This document shows, piece by piece, positions 59,453 through 64,000 of a stretch of 64,000 bases of DNA. Every line of letters begins with the position of its first letter. The stretch's first letter is position 1. The notes beneath the pieces were generated by a model, which worked only from the letters and a program-made list of their open reading frames with translations, was not told the DNA's origin and did not search any database. Origin of the DNA: an uncultured Actinomycetota bacterium (GTDB lineage: Bacteria > Actinomycetota > Actinomycetes > Streptosporangiales > Streptosporangiaceae); assembly GCA_963774385.1 (NCBI GenBank), contig CAVZEQ010000006.1, positions 226 through 64,225 on the forward strand, written 5' to 3'. Position numbers and translations under genes: made by a program.

Positions 59453-60412
59453 TCAGCGACCGGCGTCGGCTCCGCCGGCATCGGCGATCCGGACGAAATC
59501 GGCGATCCCTAGAGCCTCGCCGCGTAGCGCAGGATCGACTCCGGCAGCGCGCAGCGTCGTCTCGGCCGCTGCCGCCGAACCTGCCCAGGCCGCGAGGGCC
59601 GACCGCAAGGTCTTCCGGCGCTGCGAGAATGCGGCGTCCACCACGGCGAACACTGCTGCCCTGGAGACTGTCCCGTGCAGCTGCGCGGCCTCTTCTGGCC
59701 GATGACGTACCAGCTCCACCAGGCCGGAGTCCACCCGCGGCACGGGCCAGAACACGGCCCGGCCGACCGACCCGGCCCGGCGAGCCGTCGCAAACCAGGC
59801 CAGCTTGGCCGACGGCACTCCGTACGTGCGGCTGCCCGGCGGCGCGCACATCCGGTCGGCGACCTCCGCCTGCACCATCACCAGGCCCCGGCGCAGTGAC
59901 GGCACGGTGGCCAGCAAATGCAGGACGACCGGGACCGAGACGTTGTAGGGCAGGTTGGCGACCAGCACAGTCGGCGGGTCGCCGGGTAGCGCACCGATCC
60001 GCGCAGCGTCAGCGAGCACGACCTCCAGGCGGTCCGATAGCTGCGGTGCCCTGGCCGCGACCGTCACCGGGAGCTGGCCGGCCAGCGCCCGGTCTATCTC
60101 GATCGCGAGCACCCGGCGCGCCGCAGCCAGCAGCGGCAGCGTCAGCGAGCCGAAGCCCGGTCCGACCTCCAGCACCACGTCCGAGGCGGTCAGCTCCGCC
60201 ATCGCGGTGATCCTCATGACGGTGCCCGCGTCGACGACGAAGTTCTGGCCAAGCCGCCTCGATGGCTCGATGCCGAGGTCGGCCGCGAGCATCCGCACAT
60301 CGGTCGGGCCAAGGAGATCTGCGGGCCGGAGCTGCCCGCTGCCATCGGACTCTGGGCCTATCGCTGCCACGGGCCGAAGATACGCTCCCCGGTCGAGTCC
60401 AGGACCGAGCAC
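59453..60412 (-). CDS. rsmA: 16S rRNA (adenine1518/1519-N6)-dimethyltransferase
   Basis: Motifs [18 protein letters not shown] and NLPYNVS. The exact start is uncertain because it overlaps the tatD end. Confidence 0.9.
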   Translation of the reverse strand: MLGPGLDRGAYLRPVAAIGPESDGSGQLRPADLLGPTDVRMLAADLGIEPSRRLGQNFVVDAGTVMRITAMAELTASDVVLEVGPGFGSLTLPLLAAARRVLAIEIDRALAGQLPVTVAARAPQLSDRLEVVLADAARIGALPGDPPTVLVANLPYNVSVPVVLHLLATVPSLRRGLVMVQAEVADRMCAPPGSRTYGVPSAKLAWFATARRAGSVGRAVFWPVPRVDSGLVELVRHRPEEAAQLHGTVSRAAVFAVVDAAFSQRRKTLRSALAAWAGSAAAAETTLRAAGVDPALRGEALGIADFVRIADAGGADAGR

Positions 60413-61242
60413 AGCTTCGCCACGTCCATCTGCTTGGCCGCAGCGAGCGCCCTGATGGTGTGCGCGACCTGGGCCGGCGCATTCGACTTGCCGCGGTTAG
60501 GCGCGGGGGTCAGGAACGGCGAGTCGGTCTCCGCCAGGATCAGCTCGGCCGGGGTAACTGCCGCGGCGGCCCGCAGGCCGGCCGCGTTACCGAAGGTCAC
60601 AGTGCCAGCAAAGCTCAGCACATAACCGGCCTCAGCACAGCGGGCGGCCAGCTCCGCATCGCCTGAGTAGCAGTGGAAGATCACTCGTTCCGGTGCGCCG
60701 TCAGCCGCCAGGATTGACAGGACGTCCTCGTGCGCATCCCGGTCGTGGATCATCAGCGCCTTGCCGACCTGCTTGGCAATGTCGATGTGCGCCCGGAACC
60801 ACTCGCGCTGCAGCTCGGCCGCGGCGCTGTCGCGGTAGTAATCGAGCCCGCTCTCGCCGACTGCCCGCACCTGGGGCAACGCCGCCAGCCGGGCTATCTC
60901 GGCCAGCACGGCCTCCCGCTCAGCCGCCGTTGCGGCGGCGGCCGCAGTCTCATTCGGGTGGATGGCGACAGCTGCGGACACGGCCGGGAACGAGGCCGCG
61001 CAATCGGCTGCCCACTGTGCGGACGCGACGTCGCAACCAACAGTGATGACCCGGCTGACACCAGCCGCGGCAGCCTGCGCGAGGACGTCTGATACCGCCA
61101 GATCGATCATGTCGAGGTGGCAGTGACTATCGAACGCCGCCACCGGCAGCGGCTCGGGGGCCGGTGCCTGGGGTCGCCCGATCCCGTGGCCCGGGCCGAA
61201 ACCGCGGTCAGGAGCAGGCCGGCCGGCGTCCGGCTCGGTCAC
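60358..61242 (-). CDS. tatD: TatD-family metal-dependent hydrolase
   Basis: The GTG at 61242 overlaps the metG stop (GTGA). Motifs [24 protein letters not shown] and ETDSPFLTP. Confidence 0.88.
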   Translation of the reverse strand: MTEPDAGRPAPDRGFGPGHGIGRPQAPAPEPLPVAAFDSHCHLDMIDLAVSDVLAQAAAAGVSRVITVGCDVASAQWAADCAASFPAVSAAVAIHPNETAAAAATAAEREAVLAEIARLAALPQVRAVGESGLDYYRDSAAAELQREWFRAHIDIAKQVGKALMIHDRDAHEDVLSILAADGAPERVIFHCYSGDAELAARCAEAGYVLSFAGTVTFGNAAGLRAAAAVTPAELILAETDSPFLTPAPNRGKSNAPAQVAHTIRALAAAKQMDVAKLCSVLDSTGERIFGPWQR

Positions 61243-63029
61243 TTGCTCTCCAGCCTGGCCAGTTCCTCGTCGACGACAGACGGGTCCAGCTTCGCGAACA
61301 GTGGCACTGGCGGTGCCACCGGCGTACCGGGCCTGATCGGCTCCGATCCCCAGCGCGCCGCGGTCCGGTAGTCGCCGGTGACCACCGGATAGGTCGGCCC
61401 GCCATCCTCGTCTACCTCCTCGAGCCGAGGCATTCCTGACCATGGCTGGCCGCTGCCCAGCATCTCCGCCACCTTCTGCGATGACCTGGGCAGGAACGGC
61501 GTCAGCAGCGTCTTGCCATCGTCGACGAGCTGCAGCGCCACATGGCAGATGGTGCGCATGCGGTCCGGGTCGGTCTCCCGGAGCTTCCACGGCGCCTGAT
61601 CCGACAGGTACTTGTTGGCCTCGCTCAGGGTCCGCATCGTCTCGGTGATTGCTGCCTTGAACCGGCACCTGGCCAGCGCATCTCCGACCGTCGCGAATGC
61701 AGCCCGCGATCCGGCCAGCAGTCGCGAGTCGTCCTCGGTCAGCTGACCTGGTGCGGGTATCTCGCCGATGTTGCGCGCGGCAAAGGAGAGGCTCCGGTTA
61801 ACCAGATTGCCCCAGTTGGCGACTAGCTCGTCATTGTTGCGCCGGACGAACTCGGTCCAGGTGAAGTCGGTGTCCTGATTCTCCGGTCCGGCCACGGCGA
61901 CGTAATAGCGGAGCGCGTCGACGTCGTAACGGGCCAGGAAGTCACGAACGTAGATGACCACCGAGCGGGACGACGAGAACTTCTTGCCTTCCATCGTCAG
62001 GTACTCGCTGGAGACGACCTCAGTCGGCAGGTCAAGCTCGCCCAACGGGCCTGGCCTGCCGGCGCGGGCACCCTTGCCGGCGTAACCGAGCAGCATCGCC
62101 GGCCAGATCTCGGCATGGAAGACGATGTTGTCCTTGCCCATGAAGTAATAGGACTCGGCGTCCGGCGACTGCCAGAACGGGCGCCAGGCATCCGGATCGC
62201 CCGACCGCCTGGCCCATTCCACCGACGCAGAGAGATACCCGATCACCGCGTCGAACCACACATAGATCCGCTTGTCGGGTCGATCGCGCCAGCCGTCGAG
62301 CGGGATCGGCACCCCCCAGTCCAGATCTCTGGTAATGGCACGCGGCTGCAGGTCGCCGAGCAGGTTGAGGGAGAACTTCAGCACATTCGGCCGCCATTGC
62401 CCGCTCTTGCCCTGGAGCCAGCTGCCCAGCGCATCGGCGAACGCGGGCAGGTCCAGGAAGAACTGCTCGGTCTCCACGAAAGCCGGCGTCTCGCCGTTGA
62501 TCTTCGACCGAGGATTGATGAGGTCGATCGGATCGAGCTGGTTCCCGCAGTTGTCGCACTGGTCGCCGCGTGCGCTGTCGTACCCGCAGATCGGGCACGT
62601 TCCCTCGATATAGCGGTCCGGCAGGGTTCGGCCGGTCGACGGCGACACCGCGCCCATCGACTTTCGCGGGAAGATGTAGCCGTTCTTGTAGAGCGCGAGG
62701 AATATGTCCTGCACCACGGCGTAGTGGTTGCGCGTGGTCGTCCGGGTGAACAGGTCATACGACATGTCCAGGCCGGTCAGGTCCTCCGCGATAATGCGGT
62801 TGTAGCGGTCGGCGAGCTGCCGCTCAGTCACGCCCTCGGCGTCGGCCTGTACCTGGATGGGAGTTCCGTGCTCGTCCGTGCCGCTGACCATCAGCACCCG
62901 GTTGCCGGCCATCCGCTGGTACCGGGCGAACATGTCGCAGGGCAGCCCGAATCCGGAAACGTGGCCGATGTGCCGCGGCCCGTTGGCATACGGCCATGCG
63001 GGGGCGGCAAGAATGTGGCGGCTGGTCAT
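61239..63029 (-). CDS. metG: methionine--tRNA ligase
   Basis: 596 aa. HIGH motif in [14 protein letters not shown], zinc knuckles CPICG...CDNCG, and KMSKS-type KFSSSRS. Confidence 0.95.
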   Translation of the reverse strand: MTSRHILAAPAWPYANGPRHIGHVSGFGLPCDMFARYQRMAGNRVLMVSGTDEHGTPIQVQADAEGVTERQLADRYNRIIAEDLTGLDMSYDLFTRTTTRNHYAVVQDIFLALYKNGYIFPRKSMGAVSPSTGRTLPDRYIEGTCPICGYDSARGDQCDNCGNQLDPIDLINPRSKINGETPAFVETEQFFLDLPAFADALGSWLQGKSGQWRPNVLKFSLNLLGDLQPRAITRDLDWGVPIPLDGWRDRPDKRIYVWFDAVIGYLSASVEWARRSGDPDAWRPFWQSPDAESYYFMGKDNIVFHAEIWPAMLLGYAGKGARAGRPGPLGELDLPTEVVSSEYLTMEGKKFSSSRSVVIYVRDFLARYDVDALRYYVAVAGPENQDTDFTWTEFVRRNNDELVANWGNLVNRSLSFAARNIGEIPAPGQLTEDDSRLLAGSRAAFATVGDALARCRFKAAITETMRTLSEANKYLSDQAPWKLRETDPDRMRTICHVALQLVDDGKTLLTPFLPRSSQKVAEMLGSGQPWSGMPRLEEVDEDGGPTYPVVTGDYRTAARWGSEPIRPGTPVAPPVPLFAKLDPSVVDEELARLESK

Positions 63030-63080
63030 TGGTAGTCAGGGGCGCAGTTCCCAATGGGCCTGTTTCCCCATCCCCCTTTC

Positions 63081-63113
63081 AATCCGTACGTGCGGTTTTC
63101 CCGCATACGGCTT
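63081..63113 (-). ncRNA. group II intron domain V
   Basis: The minus strand reads AAGCCGTATGCGGGAAAACCGCACGTACGGATT. Lower helix CCGUAU/GUACGG, AC bulge, upper helix GCGG/CCGC, purine-rich apical loop, AGC triad. Confidence 0.8.
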
Positions 63114-63135
63114 ACCGATGATCTTCTTGACATGG

Positions 63136-64000
63136 TTACGCTGCCGTCGGATAGCGGATGGTGCCGCGCAGCCGGTACAGGCCGTGCCCGTTAAACCAGT
63201 CCTCATCCCACGCCAGCCACTGACCTGGCCGCAGGTTGCGGCCCCGCTTGCGGATCATGATCTTGCGGAGCCGTTTCACTGTGTAGTCATCGACCTGGCG
63301 GAACTTGGCGGCAGCGTTCCCGGTGCGGAAGTAGCTTCCCCAGCCGCGCAGCACCGGGTTGATGTCCGCGATCACGTCACGGATATCGGTTCCGGCCCGG
63401 TTGCGGCCGGTCTGATCCCGGATCCTGGCCCGGAGCCGGTTCATCGCCCGCTGCGAGGGCCATCGGTGCAGGTAGTAGCGGACGACCCGCTTCTGCTCCC
63501 ACAGCCGGCCCGACATGCGAGCGCGGAAATGGCATCCGAGGAAGTCCAGTCCCGCCCGGCCCTGCCTGAGGTCAACTACTTTCGTCTTATCCGGGTGCAG
63601 CTGAAGCCCCAGCCCGGCCAGGATGTCCCTGACCGCGTCCAGGGCCGCCCCGGCCTGCGCCGCACTACGGCACAGCACCACGCCGTCGTCGGCATAGCGC
63701 ACCAGCTCCCCCAGCCCGCGCCGGGAGAACTCGGTGTCCAGGACGTGCAGGTAGATGTTGGCCAGCAGCGGGGAGATGACCCCGCCCTGCGGCGTTCCCG
63801 CGACCGTCCGCGAGAACTCGCCTTCTGCCATCACCCCTGCCTGCAGCCACAAGCGGACCAGCTTCAGCACCCGCCGGTCCGACACCCTCCGGCTGACCTC
63901 CGCGAGCAGCCGCCCGTGATCGATCTCGCCGAAGAAGTTGCGGATGTCGAACTCCGCCGCGAACTGATAGCCCTCGATGAACCCGGTGCGCAGCCGCTCC
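63136..64000 (-). CDS. group II intron reverse transcriptase/maturase (N-terminus outside the window)
   Basis: The frame stays open to the window edge (ERLRTGFIEGYQFAAEFDIRNFFGEIDHGRLL...). Motifs GTPQGGVISPLLANIYL and YADD; maturase X-domain RGWGSYFRTGNAAAKF. No HNH endonuclease domain is seen. Confidence 0.9.
   Translation of the reverse strand, partial: ERLRTGFIEGYQFAAEFDIRNFFGEIDHGRLLAEVSRRVSDRRVLKLVRLWLQAGVMAEGEFSRTVAGTPQGGVISPLLANIYLHVLDTEFSRRGLGELVRYADDGVVLCRSAAQAGAALDAVRDILAGLGLQLHPDKTKVVDLRQGRAGLDFLGCHFRARMSGRLWEQKRVVRYYLHRWPSQRAMNRLRARIRDQTGRNRAGTDIRDVIADINPVLRGWGSYFRTGNAAAKFRQVDDYTVKRLRKIMIRKRGRNLRPGQWLAWDEDWFNGHGLYRLRGTIRYPTAA

Larger units (their letters stand above)
63030..64000 (-). 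mobile_element. group II intron, 3' portion (intron ORF in domain IV, domain V, domain VI region); the 5' part lies outside the window
   Basis: An RT/maturase ORF plus a near-canonical domain V 22 nt downstream of the ORF stop. It is on the same strand as metG. Confidence 0.85.

Noticed and set aside
59379-59849. 157-aa N-terminal extension of the ispE ORF
   Set aside because: The extension is Arg/Gly/Ala-rich and overlaps the 3' end of rsmA. IspE homology begins right after the GTG at 59378.
61243-61668. 142-aa N-terminal extension of the tatD ORF
   Set aside because: The extension lies inside metG in another frame. A GTG overlapping the metG stop (GTGA) gives a normal-length TatD.
63136-64000. 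The reverse transcriptase as a retron, DGR or Abi-type defence RT
   Set aside because: A maturase X-domain follows the RT domain, and a near-canonical group II intron domain V lies just downstream of the ORF. It is therefore an intron-encoded protein.

Overview
High-GC actinobacterial-type chromosomal segment, judged by eye and by synteny; GC was not computed. It is almost fully coding and mostly housekeeping. From left to right: yajQ (partial); a membrane/COG4315 protein; a tightly coupled pgi-gnd-pgl-zwf-HAD phosphatase operon; SRPBCC and F420-type LLM genes; korAB (2-oxoglutarate:ferredoxin oxidoreductase) plus a crotonase; an MFS transporter; an ECF sigma factor with a YciI protein; a class-A beta-lactamase-like hydrolase; a methyltransferase; a DMT/CGNR pair. 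Next comes a small, more A/T-rich accessory islet at about 20.9-22.9 kb. It carries a Phd/YefM-VapC pair and an AbiEii/DUF1814-like nucleotidyltransferase with an unusual C-terminal-HTH partner. Both modules sit behind related palindromic operator/-10 elements. After the islet: msrA; two paralogous lipoproteins; a polyprenyl synthase; the complete nuoA-N complex I operon; menJ, menG, rfbB, cysN, cysD, cysQ, pth, rplY, prs; a glmU homologue that lacks the distal acetyltransferase part; tRNA-Gln(UUG); a desaturase-TetR pair; tam; MarR; an ABC-F ATPase; and ispE-rsmA-tatD-metG. At the right edge, the 3' portion of a group II intron (RT/maturase ORF plus domain V) ends within a few nucleotides of the metG start codon. 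I found no rRNA genes and no CRISPR array. The best candidates for something undescribed are the NTase/HTH module with its shared operator architecture, the intron abutting an essential aaRS gene, and the truncated glmU. All functional calls rest on motif recognition by eye; no database search was run.
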